64,000 nucleotides of DNA from Octopus vulgaris (Eukaryota), in NCBI GenBank assembly GCA_951406725.2, contig OX597817.1, positions 30,504,001 through 30,568,000 of the forward strand, read 5' to 3'. Below the pieces are notes generated by a model. It did no database searches, was not told the DNA's origin, and saw only the letters and a program-made list of their open reading frames with translations. Made by a program: the position numbers and the translations under genes. The stretch's first letter is position 1; each line of letters starts with the position of its first letter. Below are positions 27,174 to 42,000 of this stretch, in pieces.

Positions 27174-28231
27174 GAGGTTCAGCCTCTTCAGAATAGCCTT
27201 CACCAAGTGTTTTTTCCAAACATTTCTCTTCTGCATGACCCTTCCAATCAGATCACTTGGCATTTCTTTGCCCAGCTGTCATCCTCCATATACAGCAGAG
27301 TCCATACAGTACAATTGCCTTTCTTCCATATTACAGCTGATTTCTTTCATAGCCAATATTTATTCTGTCATTCAAGTCCAGAAACAAACAATAGGATGAT
27401 TAAGCCAGTCATACTCATATATTTCCTTCCTTCTAATCTCCATACATCTATTATATCCAATGTCTGTTTCACTCATATATATATAAGCATAGACCACTTT
27501 TTGTTGATGGCAAAAATAATAGCTTGTATGATTTTTTCCATCCATCCTCTCTCTTCTTACTCTGAGCATTATACCTTAAAGCACCTACTTCATCTTACAT
27601 AACAGAAAAATGTGTGCTCATTTTGCTACGTCAGAGGTTGTCGGCCAGACCAGTGGTCAGATTGAGCTGAAAATTGACACAATTATGGCATAGAAGGCGT
27701 GATGGTTCAGCCTCTTCAGAATAGCCTTCACCAAGTGTTTTTTTCCAAACATTTCTCCATCTGCATGACCCTTCCAATCAGATCACTTGGCATTTCTTTG
27801 CCCAGCTGTCATCCTCCATATACAGCAGAGTCCATACAGTACAATTGCCTTTCATTGCATATTACAGCTGATTTCTTTCATAGCCAATATTTATTCTGTC
27901 ATTCAAGTCCAGAAACAAACAATAGGATGATTAAGCCAGTCATACTCATATATTTCCTTCCTTCTAATCTCCATACATCTATTATATCCAATGTCTGTTT
28001 CACTCATATATATATAAGCATAGACCACTTTTTGTTGATGGCAAAAATAATAGCTTGTATGATTTTTTCCATCCATCCTCTCTCTTCTTACTCTGAGCAT
28101 TATACCTTAAAGCACCTACTTCATCTTACATAACAGAAAAATGTGTGCTCATTTTGCTACGTCAGAGGTTGTCGGCCAGACCAGTGGTCAGATTGAGCTG
28201 AAAATTGACACAGGCATAGAAGGCGTGATGG
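27174..28231. repeat. Near-identical tandem duplication, period ~531 bp
   Basis: ORFs 27372-27569 and 27903-28100 are identical; only a few small differences between the copies. Confidence 0.95.
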
Positions 28232-28827
28232 GGCAGAGAGTTGAGTAGGTTAAAATTCACCATCTGGAAAGATGCGGTTGCTATGGTGAGAAGAGTGATT
28301 TTTTATCGATTCAAGAGGGCTCTAAGCCCCTCCAGATTGGTGCGATTGGTATCTAATCTAATCTATAAAATGAAGAAGTTGATATAAATTGGATTCTTAT
28401 GTAAAAAGGGGTCTAAATGGGGCTGGAAGAAGATTAAAATTTACAGGAGGAGGTAACTTGAGGTGAGAAATTGATTGGGAGACCTTTGGGGTGCTACAGT
28501 GGTTGCTAAAATGGGGATTTTATTGATTTTGGGGGACACTTGGTGGTCTAGATTGGACACCTTTTGCCCGATTTCAATCAAATTTTCAACATGGTAAAGT
28601 GGAAGTGGATTTGTAATTTAAGCGCAAAAATCTAATTTTTTATAAATGGGAGAGAGATAGATAGAGAGTAAGAGAAAGCGAGGGAGAGTCTGAGAGAAAG
28701 GAAGTGTAAGAGAGTGGAAAAGCGAAAGAGAAAGGGGAGAGAAATAAAGAGGGAGAATGTGGCGATAAGAAACAGAAAGTAACAACCACACCCTCACTCG
28801 TGCGTAGAGCAGGTCACCTTAAGCTAG
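28124..28827 (+). mobile_element. Non-autonomous Helitron (different family)
   Basis: A|TCTTACATAACAGAAAAATGTGTG start; subterminal ctcgtgcgtagagcagg and CTAG|T end. Confidence 0.6.
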
Positions 28828-29012
28828 TATACATATATATTTGCATATATATATGGATGGATGGATGTGTGTGTGCGAGTTTTATGATGGACTGAATGAC
28901 AGTTTGGTATCCAATAGATATAAACTCTCTGGTTGTTCTCATTCATTTCATCAGATAAAGTTAATATAAACATACTTCGTATAAATTCAATATAAATATA
29001 CATAAAGATGCA

Positions 29013-29054
<42 letters not shown>

Positions 29055-29579
29055 CACACACACACATGCATGTATTCATATATATGTGTCTACACGTGAG
29101 TATGTGTGCTTATGTATTCATATATGTATACATGTATAATTAATTTTGCTGCAGTCTAATTAGCATGAAACTAGACAAATTAGTTTGTGGAGTGAGACAC
29201 ATGCTTTTAAAGTAGGTTTCAAGTAGCTTCCTTAACTGTAAAGTAATAATCTATCACAAACCATTCTAATTAAATGTGAAACCAGCAATGGCGACTACAA
29301 TGGTGTTTAAAGGGTGACAGTGACGATGGAACTTAAGGAGCCAAGGATGGCTCCATCCAACTGGTTAGCATGATGTTTGGGACAATTGTTGAACGAGGAT
29401 GATACTTGAGGATTCCAAGGATGATAAATGATGATGATGATGATATTGGTTCTTGTAATGATGATGATATTAGTGACAATAATGATCTCGACGGTTGCAG
29501 TTATATCAGCTTTTTTAATGAAAATTATTTCTTAAGAGCTTGCAAGCTACAACACATAGACGTGTGTGCATGTGTGTAT

Positions 29580-29639
<60 letters not shown>

Positions 29640-29684
29640 TTGTTTGAATTTATGCCTTCCTGTTACATATTAAATGTACTTTGA

Positions 29685-30095
29685 ATCAAAATCAAAATCA
29701 GATTCGATGACTGGCATCCATGCAAAGAGAGCCATATGAGTATGATCATTGCCAGACTGGCTAACCGGCTTCCGTGCCAGTGACACATAAAAGACACCAT
29801 TCGAGTGTGACCATCACCAGTGTCACCTCACAGGCACCTGTACTGGTGGCATGTGTAAAAAGATTCGAGCGAGGTTGTTGCCAGTACTACCTGACTGGCC
29901 CCCGTGCCAGTGGCATGTAAAAGCTCCCACTACACTCTTGGAGTGGTTGGCGTTAGGAAGGGCATCCAGCTGTAGAAACTCTGCCAGGTCATGATTGACG
30001 CCTGGTGCAGCCATCTGGTTCACCAACCCTCAGTCAAATCGTCCAACCCATGCTAGCACGGAAAGCGGACGTTAAACGATGATGATGATGATGAT
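29685..30095 (+). mobile_element. RTE 3' UTR copy
   Basis: Homologous to 18870-19224; (GAT)n tail. Confidence 0.85.
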
Positions 30096-31282
30096 GTATA
30101 CAGAAATAGTAACGTTATTAAATTCATCAGTCCCAAGTATGGTGCTTGGAACCGATATCAAACCCTCCAGGTAGTTACAGAAGCTGACTAGAAAGCTTCT
30201 ACTTGGTCACTCAACCAAGCAAGGAAGCATCTATGTAGTCAGTGATCGAGGTAAAAATGGCAACCAAATTTTTTTCAAATCTCACCCAACTGTCTAAAAT
30301 AAAAAATAGCACATTGGGCAGAGAAGCTTTTGATAGAATAGCCATCTGTTCAAATGTCTTTGATTAATTGGGGCCGACCTTGGGCAACACAACAACAACC
30401 ATGATTTGATATGCAGCACTAGAGTTAAGTGCAAGTACAGCTGAATAAATATTGTATCTCTCTGATTGCTTCCATTTTTATTCCACCATTGTGACCAAAA
30501 TATCCTTTAAACATAAGACAATAGAGTAGACCAGTGACTCCTAGGCTTGAAATAATAGTCCACAACTGGGTTAAAAATACCATTTGCTTGGAATAATGTC
30601 AGTGATGCAGCAAGAACCAATGTTCTTATGCTCTCTCATAACATAAGATAAATCATGAAATCAGGCTTGGCAAAGGAATACTTTATTGAAATCCACATAA
30701 ATGAAACTGCCAAAGTTTTGCCACCAAAGATGACTCTTCTGAAATAGACATTAAAGATGAATTCCTGAAGTGACTCAGAGTAATTCTATAGATGGAATTA
30801 TTTCTTTCTAGTTTCAGTAAGGAGCAATGGGATACCCAACTGTTTTGACATAGGTTGGTGCTGAAATCTGTTTGTTTTTCATTGACTAAACAATTAAATT
30901 TGTGACATTTATTTATTTAAATAATTACCGCCTGCTGGTAAACATAATTTCTTCAATATAATGTGCTTCAATGTCTGGCAACTAAAATTGACTGTTTCCT
31001 CACACTCGTGTCATCAAAGATAAAAAGTCACAGATATTTTACAAGGCTCTATAAAGAGATATTGCACTGAAATGATGCTTTATCTGCAACCAATTTTCTT
31101 GTCTACAAAAATGTTACTTCTGAAATCAACATTGTAAAAGACCGATTTTCAAAGTTGAAAAGCTATATTTAACCAATAATACATTTGAAACTATTGATAG
31201 AACAGTATCTTTTTCACGTCAGCAAAAAGTAATAGGATACCTAACTATAATCACGTGAGTTTTTAATGTAATTCTATTTCTC

Positions 31283-31770
31283 AGAGTGTGATCGTTACCT
31301 GCATTGCCTTATTAGCACTTGTGCTGGTGGCATGTGAAAAAACATTTGAGGGAGGTCACTGCCAGTGCTGCTGGACTGGCTCCTGTGCAGGTGGCACATA
31401 AAAAGCACCATTCGAGCATGATTGTTACCAGCCTCACCTGACTAGCACTTGTGCCAGTGGTATGTGAAAAAACATTCAAGTGAGGTCATTGCCACTGCCA
31501 CTGGACTGGATCCTGTGCAGGTGGCACATAAAAATCACCATTTGAGATTGGCCATTTCCAGTACCACTTGACTGGCCCTCGTGCCGGTGGCACGTAAAAG
31601 CACCCACTACACTCTCAGAGTGGTTGGCATTAGGAAGGGCATCCAGCTGTAGAAACTCTGCCAGATCAGATTGGTGTCTGGTGCAGGCATCTGGTTCACA
31701 AGACCTCAGTCAAATCGTCCAACCCATGCTAGCAGGGAAAGCGGACGTTAAACAATAATGATGATGATGT
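31283..31770 (+). mobile_element. RTE 3' UTR copy with five ~65-bp hairpin units
   Basis: Units at 31321, 31385, 31451, 31515 and 31581; (GAT)n tail. Confidence 0.88.
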
Positions 31771-32238
31771 TGATATATGAGTATCACATCAAGACCAAGA
31801 TTAAATCCAGCTTCTTCTCAGTTTAGATATGAAAATAGCTCTATTAAAGACTGAGTAATGCATCCAATATTCAATGTCAACAAAGCAATTTCATCCTACT
31901 AAACCTAAGCATTAATACTTAGTTGTACAAAAATTGTGCATTTATGTATTGTATAATATACAAGTTTACCTTGGAGTATTATGAACACACTTTAAATTGA
32001 GGTAACATTGAGAAAGCAGTCTTGAAAGCACTGAACTTGACTGTGAAACAAAAGTAGCATGCCCTGACTACCATAGCACACTCATACAGTCAATCATTTT
32101 GTGTTTTGGCGGCATGTAGCAGGGCAGTCAGCTAGGTGGATGTATGGAGCAGTAGACTCATACTCATGCTGGGTTGTTTAATCAACTATTTACCATATAC
32201 TTGATCAGAGTTGAACTTAGGCTGAAAAGTTAGTTTTA

Positions 32239-32750
32239 CCATCAATCCTCGAGTATAATCCACATTTTTTTCCCAAAATTTAAAGGTCAAAATCCCTAGT
32301 GCGTACTATATACGAGGTTAAAAATGAAAAGTATTTTCTAAGCAATGTCCAAGTCTCTATTTACTGTCTGGCATTGTTTATTCAGATGCATTTTGTGATG
32401 TTGGGTGCAAAAATACCTTAAGCTAAGCCTGAAAGCAATGAAGTCATAAAAGAATCATCCATAACTTGCAGTAAGCAATATTTATTAAACGTTATTACTG
32501 TTATTTCTTTATTTTCTGCAAACAAAATTCACAAAAAAGTTACACATTTGCATTATGTTATATATACAATAATAATAAAGGATGTTACCATATACAGTTT
32601 TACAAACCAAGGACGTTATATAGACCTCCTTGCCTCAAGTTAGAGAAGGGGTGCGTATTATACACAAGGTTTAAGTTTTTCAGAGGTACAGTCCCCTAAA
32701 AATTCCCTGTGTATTATACTCAAGGGCAGACTATACTCGAGGATTTACGG
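32239..32750. mobile_element. Tc1/pogo-superfamily MITE
   Basis: ta|ccatcaatcctcgagtata ... tatactcgaggatttacgg|ta TIRs. Confidence 0.88.
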
Positions 32751-35241
32751 TACACAACTAGAACAATAATTAATTTTCCGGAAAAGCTGTTTATTTGCTA
32801 CTTACTTCAGCAAATCTACATTTGTTAAAATTGAAATTGTTTCCTTGCAAATTGTTGTCAGGTACAGCTATGAAATATATTGCCAGCTCTTGTGCAGCAC
32901 ACAAACTGTAATTAACATAGTTATCAATGTTGATTTTAAAAATGTGTAATTCCAAAATAAGGTGCCAAAGTATGTTAAGTAGAAATAGCAATTAGTAGAG
33001 TTTACAAATGTTCATTATACAATTTTTTCCTAATTGTTAATAATTTCCTTTTTTAGGCATACAGCCATTTTGTGTAAAGCAGTGGGATATAATCAGTTGG
33101 ATCAACCTCAGTTCTTTACTCATTCACATTTGATGAAACTGGAAGGATAAATGGCAAAATTATTATTTGTAAATTTATACTCAGAACAATAGAGACACCA
33201 AACTAGATGGCATGTTTTAATTAGCCAAACCTATATATCTGAACTAACAAGCTTCATTTTCTAATTAAATAATCCATTTATCATAGAAGTGTTAATTACA
33301 AAAAAAAAAAAAAGAACCAGCTACAAAATGTATTTTATAATGAATACTGAGTTTAAATTAAATAACTGCAAAGATCCAACGTTTTCAGTGAGTGATATAA
33401 ATACAAACAATGTTAATATTTTTTTCTGCAAGGGAGGAGGCACTAATGTTGTGAACTAAACTATATATAGCTTCACCCCATAATGGAAACTATAACAAAT
33501 GTTTAGCCAGTAAAGAATTCGACTGTTGTTCTATATTTGTCAATATTGTTTACATTATAAAGGTAGACAGAGAGATAAGTTGTTTTGCAGTTCTATTCAA
33601 TGCCCTTCTATTTCTGATAGAAATTATGAGAAAGAATGAAGATGATCGTGATCCTGATCATGAAGATGATGGGTAGTAAGAGAATGATGATGAAGGGCAG
33701 AAGGACAATGATGATGATAGTGAGGACAAAGACAATGATGTTATCTTAAGACCATAAAATTGAGGAAGAAGAAGAAGAATTTTATCGTTCACAACGCCCT
33801 GAAATCTTTAGAGACAAGGCTAAATATACAAAATTTTATATTACAATTTAATGAACTTATAAGAATAACATTACTGGCAACTTCACACAGCCACTTGGAG
33901 TTATGGTTATTGGACTTACCTGGTTAGATTTGTTGTATCAAGTGAGAATTTTCTTGTGTTTGTAAATTGCGGAGGAAGTTATAGCTACTTCAGCTAGATG
34001 TCCTGAGCAACTAGGAAAAATCGTTCATTTATATAAATAATTTACATTTGGTAAATAAGGTAGAGTCAATAAGTTAGTGATCAGGCCAATGAATAATGTC
34101 ATCTTATGTGCAACTTTTGATGTAAATTTGAAAAGCTGAGTACTGAATCCAACAGTGAGAAATAAGAAAGAGAACAACCAATCTAGTAAAAACTGATGGA
34201 AGTAAAGAGATAGATGTAAAGATAGTAGAAAGATGTCTAAGCATCTGACTACAAGACCAATGTTCTTATGGATTTGAGGCCCAATATCTGAGAATGAACT
34301 TTCTCTTATGTAAGCAAGTAACGGAAATCTCTGAAACTTCATTCAAGTATATCACGTGTCTGAACAAGATTTTAGTATCAGGCATTTTTCTCTATTGAAT
34401 TGTTCTTCTGTCATTTCAATGTAATATTTCAGACAGGAAGCATCATTCAGTTCCTGGGACTTTATTTATGTTGTGTTGACAACGACCACTGTTTTGTGGT
34501 GACAATAACAAGTTTCATGACTCATTTATGCTTTTAAGAACTTAGTAGAAACTATTTGTAGTAGGGTCTTAAACTTATTCCCTAGTTAGGAGATATTTTC
34601 CAGAACATCTCACTATTAAAACAACGTTTTTTTTGTTGGTCTTTTTTTGTGAATAAGAACCTTAGTTACTCTCTAAACCTTCTTGAAGTGCCTTCCCTCT
34701 CCAATACAAGAGCCACACAGCGTTGTAAAATCCTCTGGTTAACATGTGCCTTCTTATTAGAGGAAAGGTCAAAAATAGATAAAACTTCCTTAGATTATTT
34801 GACAAGCATTTTCTCCAGTTATGAATATATTAGGTTATTCCATAGACACTTGCTTAAGATTCCATTCAGTTGTATAGTCAATAATGTCAGCCTCAAATAT
34901 TGAGGTTTGCTGCTCATGAAAAGGTTGATATTACACATTTGTTTGGTAGATTTTCTCTTAATACTGCTAATGACAGTGGTCATATTGGTGATGGTGGTGG
35001 TGGTGGTGGTGGTGGTGGTAGTGATGGTGGTGGTGGTGGTGGTATGTATCTGTGTGTAAGGGGAGAGAGTGTAAGAGTAATTAGGATGATGAATGGTGAT
35101 AGTTGTAATGATAATCATTATGGTAATGGTGAATCACAACCAGCATCATAATCATTTGTCATAATCATCATGATACTTCTCATCCTCCTCATCTTCATAC
35201 TCCTCATCATCGTCATCATCATTATCATCATCTTTACTGAG

Positions 35242-35624
35242 ACTCTTTTACTCTTTTACTTGTTTGTCATTTGACTGTGGCCATGCTGGAGCACCGCCTT
35301 TAGTCGAGCAAATCAACCCCAGGGCTTATTCTTTGTTAGCCTAGTACTTATTCTATCAATATCTTTTGCCAAACTGCTAAGTTATGGGGACGTAAACACA
35401 CCAGCATTGGTTGTCAAGTGATGTTGGGGGGACAAATACAGACACACAAACATATACACATACACATATATGACAGGCTTCTTTCATTTTCTGTCTACCA
35501 AATCCACTCACAAGGCTTTGGTCAGCCTGAGGCTATAGTAGAAAACACTTGCCCAAGGTGCCATGCAGTGGGACTGAACTCAGAACCATGTGGTTTGTAA
35601 GCAAGCTACTTACCACACAGCCAC
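35242..35624 (-). mobile_element. SINE family A
   Basis: Reverse complement of 7242-7646. Confidence 0.9.
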
Positions 35625-35889
35625 CCTTAAGTAATTATTTCTTGCTATGATTATCAAAACCCATCGTATATAGAGGTGTAGTTGTTGGTCAATCCTAAGT
35701 CAACCGGACCAAACAAACCTATGACCAATTGTGTTTCAACCAGAACCATTCTGTCTGTTTTAAGAATGCATTCTCCTATATTTCCTTCCCTTTTTTTTTA
35801 AAGGAGTAGGGTGTGATTTGATGGTGAATTTGCCTGTTATTTCTAGTAAGTCGAACTAACATGTAGAGTATCCATTAATTTGTATAATC

Positions 35890-36115
35890 ATCGTTATCAT
35901 TATCATTTAACGTCCGTTTTCCAAGCTGGCAAAGGTTGGGCAATTTGTCAGGAGCTAGCAAGGCCAGGAGCAGCACCAGGACCCATAGTTTGCTTTGGCT
36001 TGGTTTATACAGCTGGATGCTCTTCCTGACACCAACCATTTTACAGAATGTGCAAGGTGCTTTTTCATGGTGCCATCACCTGTGCTTTTTACATGGCACC
36101 AACACCAATGCCCTT
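35890..36115 (-). mobile_element. RTE 3' UTR copy (degenerate)
   Basis: tttaacgtccgttttcca... reverse complement of the RTE tail. Confidence 0.75.
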
Positions 36116-37113
36116 CATGGGCAAGCATTACCAAGGTGGTTTTAGGACATCAATTCTCTTCTATTCTGTTATAATGATTATTGGAATTTATTTAGTTGAA
36201 TATGAAATTTTTATCCATTTTACAAGAAACAAAGTGACGTGCAACAAACTATATTTTACCAGACAACACATTTACAAAAAAAGGGGGGAAAGAAAGGGTT
36301 CGGTGGAATTTATTTTGGACTATTTTCTTGCCAATAATATATTAATGAAATCTCTATTTTTCTGAATCACCCAAATACCAACATTGGTAAAGTATGACAA
36401 AAGTTTAAAGAGTCCTCTTAGCTGTGCATTCAGAGACCTTCACCATTATTAAATGTTTACTGTGCCTTGGTGAAATCTGACTGAGAAAATCCATGAGCAA
36501 AGACAATTCAGCTATGGCTATCCACCTTTTGTAGGGCTATCTAGAATTACACTAGCATGCTTTCAAATTTAATATGGTAAAGTGAGATTTGAGATATACA
36601 TGGTTGCTATTTCTAGCAGGATGATCGACCTGGTATAAATTGTCATCATTGCTTTAGCTGTTTTGATTTTTCGAATTGCTGTTCTTAAGTATTTAGATTT
36701 ATTGTTTCTGTTGTTTGTGATAGTTATTCTTGTTGCTCTCTGTTTTTCAGAATGAATAAAGTCAAACAACATTCTGATAAAGGGAGTTGTTGCACTGAAT
36801 CTTAAAAAAAATTGGTGAATCTGAATCATGATTGAAATTCTTTTAAATTTCAGGAAAAATAACAAAGAAAAGATGAGACGTTTCGTTTATTTTTACTTCT
36901 AACAGCATGTTTATGTGCACGCAGATGCCATTGCAAGATGAGTGTCTATGTGGTTGTTCAAAATGCTAGAATAAATAACCTAACCTCCTCAATTTACTCT
37001 CTAACATCTTAATAATAGATGGACATACTGGATTATGTTGATTTGGTAAATGATCATAGACCTCTGATCACAGATTTATTGATCAGGTATAATCTAGTGC
37101 TAAATAAAAGCAG

Positions 37114-37360
37114 TGGAGGCGCGTGACTTAGTGGTTAAGGTGTCGAGCTCATGATCGTAAGGTTGTGGTTTCGATTCCTGGATCGGGCAACGCATTGTGT
37201 TCTTGAGCAAAACACTTCATTTCATGTTGCTCCAGTCCACTCAACTGGCAAAAATGAGTAACACTGTGATGGACCGGCGTCCCATCCAGGTGGAGAATTT
37301 CTATGCCACTGAAACCGGGAAACTGGCCCTTATGAGCCTGACATGGTTCAAGAAGGAACA
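37114..37360 (+). mobile_element. SINE family B
   Basis: tggaggcgcgtgacttagtggttaagg...gtttcgattcc A/B boxes. Confidence 0.88.
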
Positions 37361-38615
37361 TTTATTTTTTTTTTTTTTAAATAAAAGCAGCGATCTTCAG
37401 TGTATTTTATATTTTAATGTAACATTTGTAACAACTTAACATAGTTTAGTTTTACAGTTGTCATTGAAGTTGTTTTAATCTAGCAGAAAGTAGTAGTCTT
37501 TTAAGTCACCTGATGACGATCTGTGTCCTGGGTATGACTTTAAACTGCATCCAGTAGTGGAGCCCTGTTATTGGAGTTCCAGGATTTCTCTCAACCATTA
37601 TTATTTCCAAGTCTACTCTGACCCAGAGTATCAGTACCTGTTAAGGTCCCAGCTATGGGTTACCTAGCATGTTGACTAAGCCCTGTCCTATCTTCCCTCC
37701 TTCATCAAATCCAGCATCTGACACCCTCTGCATTAGTCTGACATTCGACCACAAATTGTGTGTTTTACACTACAACTGGACAAAGCCAAGTGGGGTGACT
37801 GTAAAGGTGCCCCACTACATACTGTGGATATGGCAGCTCACTGCAGCTTGTCCCTGACCCCAGCTGTCTTGGATCTCCTCCTTGCCACCAGACCAGTCAT
37901 AGATAAGTCAAGTTGTGTGGTAGAGGATTCCATACCGTTTTTGTCACTGGAAACAAATCTTTGCTCAGACTTTGGTCTATCTCAGCCTTCTTCTTTCAGT
38001 TTCCTCCATTTTTTTTCCTTTTCTTTCTCTCTCAAGTCTATTAGCAATGAGCATCTAGTAGCAGAAGCAAGCATGGATAAAGCTAGAAGCCTCTCTCTCT
38101 AACTTGAAGATTGCACAGTGGTGGCATGAGTAAGATGGTCATTGAAATCTGCATGTGGAACAACAGGCTTCTTTCATTCTGCTCATGTGTCTAGGCTGCC
38201 CTAGTCAGAAAAGACACTGCCTATCTCAATCCAAGGAATAGCCTAGAAAAGTTGGCCCAAACAAAGCTTACCCCACATTCTACCCAGTCAGGAAAGCGCA
38301 CCTAGATGATTATTTAAATAGTGGTAACTCATCTTTTTGAGGTGGCTCTCTAAGAAGTCAGTTTCAGTCATGATAAGCTGTCTTATTTGACACTTTTTGT
38401 TTGCTAGACATTGGACTTTTTCTAGATTCCACATAAGCTCTTCTAGTTTCCATTTTCTACTGATGGCCTTTTATCCACTTGCACACATTGGACTCTATAA
38501 TACAGTATTCCATTGGCTTTTGCAAGCACAGAAATAGCTACATAGAATCTTATAAACATAACTGAATAAAATTTAACTCACAATCAAGGCGAATTGTAAA
38601 TGAAGATTTATTATA

Positions 38616-38785
38616 GGTGTAGGAGTGGCTGTGTGGTAGTAGCCTGCTTACCAACCACATGGTTCTGGGTTCAGCCCCACTGTGTGGGATCATGGGCAAG
38701 TGTCTTCTACTATAACCTCGGGCCGACCAAAGCCTCGTGAGTGGATTTGGTAGACGGAAACTGAACGACCCCCATCGTATATATG

Positions 38786-38872
<87 letters not shown>

Positions 38873-39096
38873 GTTTGTATGTGTGTGTATATGTTTGTGT
38901 GTCTGTGTTTGTCCCACCAGCATTGTTTGACAACCAATGCTGGTGTGTTTACGTCCCCGTAACTTAGCGGTTCGGTAAAAGAGACCGATAGAATAAGTAC
39001 TAGGCTTACAATGAATAAGTCCTGGTGTCGATTTGCTCAACAAAATGTGGTGCTCCAGCATGGCCGCAGTCAACTGACTGAAACAAGTAATAGAGT
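38616..39096 (+). mobile_element. SINE family A
   Basis: Homologous to 7242-7646 with an expanded internal microsatellite. Confidence 0.9.
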
Positions 39097-42000
39097 GAAA
39101 GTGCATACTTCGTACTGAATTGCTTTCTGTTTCACATTTATATTCACAAGCCACATATGTAATTATTATTGCATTATTTTTCCAACAATATATGAAATAA
39201 TCTGTTTTTTGTTGTATAGAAAAAATTCTATACAACCATTATCTATACATGCAATTTTTAATTATTTACACAAAGCTTTTATCAATTTTTTCTATCACTC
39301 TCTCTCTCTTTCACTGTTTCCTCTTCCTATGCTTCTCAAATGTCTAATAACACTGCCAAACAGTGACTGATTCCTTTAATTTCTAAGGAATATAGTTCAT
39401 TATTTGCAGGGATCAGAATTATTATGAAGAACTGCTTGCAGGTCCCTAAAATTCAATGCAATTCAAACAAGTTCCAAATAAACTTTAGTTTCAAGCAATA
39501 GTACATGCAAGGTGACAAAATTGTTTGATTACAAAATATGAACATTGTACTAATGCAAAACATGGCATATAAAAACAAAAATTAAACTACGGATGTGAAA
39601 ACGAACTCTTTGCACAATTGCGTTTTACATATATATATAGTTTTAAAAAAAATTGCAGGTAATTAGGTAAATCTGAAAACATCCAATTTGAAAATATTAC
39701 TATATAAATGAGTGTTACACATATGTAATATTGTAAGTTGAAAATCTTTGATTAACTGAAAGTAATTAGTGCAGTCAATAGATAGAAGTTTCTTCTGAAT
39801 GGGGGTGGAGCTAAATCTAAAAGCAAGCAATGATGATATCTACAATAAAATCAACTAATTGGAATTTATGTAAGATAAACATAATGACTGCAAAATATAA
39901 TTTCAATTGAATGAAATTCTCCATCACAATATATAGTATATGTAAGACTCTACTTTATAAGTATTTATTATTCATAAAGACCTCCAGGCATATGGCCCTT
40001 TGGCCATATTAGTATTATTCCTAATCAGCATCATTACATTCCTCTTGTTGCTATATATATATGTTAAACATTTTAAAGTTTTACCGACTAATTTTGTTGA
40101 TTTGTTTTTCCATGTTTTTCCATGTTTAGAATAAGACAGAATAAATAGATTATTAAAGCATTGTTTTACAATCCTTCCTCTCACAAATGTTTACTGCTCT
40201 TTCAGTTAAGAAATCTTTCAATTCTTGTTATGTCTAGGGAGGGTCATTATGCCAAATACAAAATAAAAGTAAAATCGTTCTATTCCCATCAACCAAATCC
40301 ACTCATAAGGCTTTGGTTGATCTGGGGCTGTGGAGAGATACTTGTTTCAGGTGCTTAACAGGGTAACTGAACATAAACTCATGTGGCTGGGGAGTGAACT
40401 ACTTAACCACCAAGCCATGGCTAGTAAATATAATAAAACCAAAACATGTCTCTGTGGCATTCACTGATTGGCTTTCAAAAGACGATCCACTCCTCTTCTT
40501 CATTAAAATTTTCCATAAATTTCAGTTGTATAATCTAATTGGTGTTATCTCCCTTGTTTGTCATTTAGATTTTAAAAACCACAAGAGGATATGTTTGTCT
40601 ACTGACTGCATAAATATTCTCAGTAAAGTGAGATTTTACAATTCCCTATGTTACATATTTAGTTAACAGAATTAATTTGCTACTCAATAAAAAATTGCTA
40701 CACAAGCAGCTTAAGTGTTTTTAGAAGAGACCACTGTGTTGCAAGCATTCAGGACAAATCTCTGGTCGGAGGATATCTTCTTCCCCTCTTCTACATCATG
40801 AAAACTTTGTAAAGGATTCTAGCATTGCATATATCTCATAGCTATAAGATAAAAAGTAATTGTAATATCAAATGACTACATTAGTTCCCATGCTTCAGTG
40901 CAATGTCAGCCATAATGTCAACAACATAATGAAAAAGGTGATTGTACTTTATTTCCTTCTATAAAAAATGCCTTATGACTCTTTTTGAAAAAATATTCAG
41001 TTGTGATTTATATATTCTGAAATTGTTTTAAGAATATTCTTGTAGATTAATCAAATGTATTTGTTACTTTTTGGCTTGGCTTTGTAGAACATTCATACAC
41101 TGCTTGCTTAATTTATTATGATGGAATCATCATGCCTATGGGCATTCTTTTCTTTATTTTTGTTTGTTAAACTTTGTTTTGATAAAACATTAACATCTCA
41201 CAAAGTTAATTGTTTTCTATTGAGAAGATTTGTGTTATCCATTTTCTTGATTGACTGCAGAAGTTGGTAATGCTGATTTGTCTAAGAACAGAACTCTTTT
41301 GCCTATTGTTAACAACACTTTTGAAGCTCACTTTCATTACAATGATAATTTTTGCTTCTGTCATTATCATTATTAATTGCAAGTCTGATGCCAAAGGCAG
41401 AAACACAATTGGTCAGAAAACCCAGCATTAAACAAAAGAACTGTCTTTTTTTTTCTCTGAAATAATGAGAAAACAGTATTTAATGTCTATCTATGAAAGA
41501 AATAAAGCCAAGTCCATAAACAACAATATTTGAGTGGGATAAAGAGAAAAAGATAACATCAAACACGTCTTATCTGTTACACTTTCCATGAAAAATACAA
41601 ACATCTTCATGTATTATAAGCACTCAACTAAATAATACAACAAATTTGTAGTTCAGTCAGTAGTACTTCCACTCATATTAAGCCTATATATCCTAATATC
41701 TAGTTATAAAAATAATACTTACTTTAGTTATAAGGTTTCTTGAACTATTAGTCTTTCTGTTCTGCATTAGCAAATATATTAACAAGATAACTTTAGTAGA
41801 GAAGATGGTAAACTTATAGCATTTCAAGTAATGAGCTATGTTTCAATTCTCAGCTCTATCTGTTTTACATTACTTATGTCTTATATTACGAATACTCTTG
41901 ATTTCTCTTAATTTTCTTTAACTTTCTTCTTCTTTAACTTCATTCTAAAGAGGAGAAGCTGTAGCTTTATTGCTATCTGGAAGAAAGAGAAGGAGACAAT

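Noticed and set aside
27147-28133. 151-aa and 144-aa ORFs as duplicated genes
   Set aside because: No recognisable domain; they arise from an AT-rich tandem duplication
30540-30880. Possible highly degenerate Tc1-like transposase on the minus strand
   Set aside because: Only faint motif resemblance; cannot be supported without a search
31321-31610. Regularly spaced palindromic repeats resembling a CRISPR array
   Set aside because: The spacers are homologous to each other, there are no cas genes, and the context is a eukaryotic LINE 3' UTR
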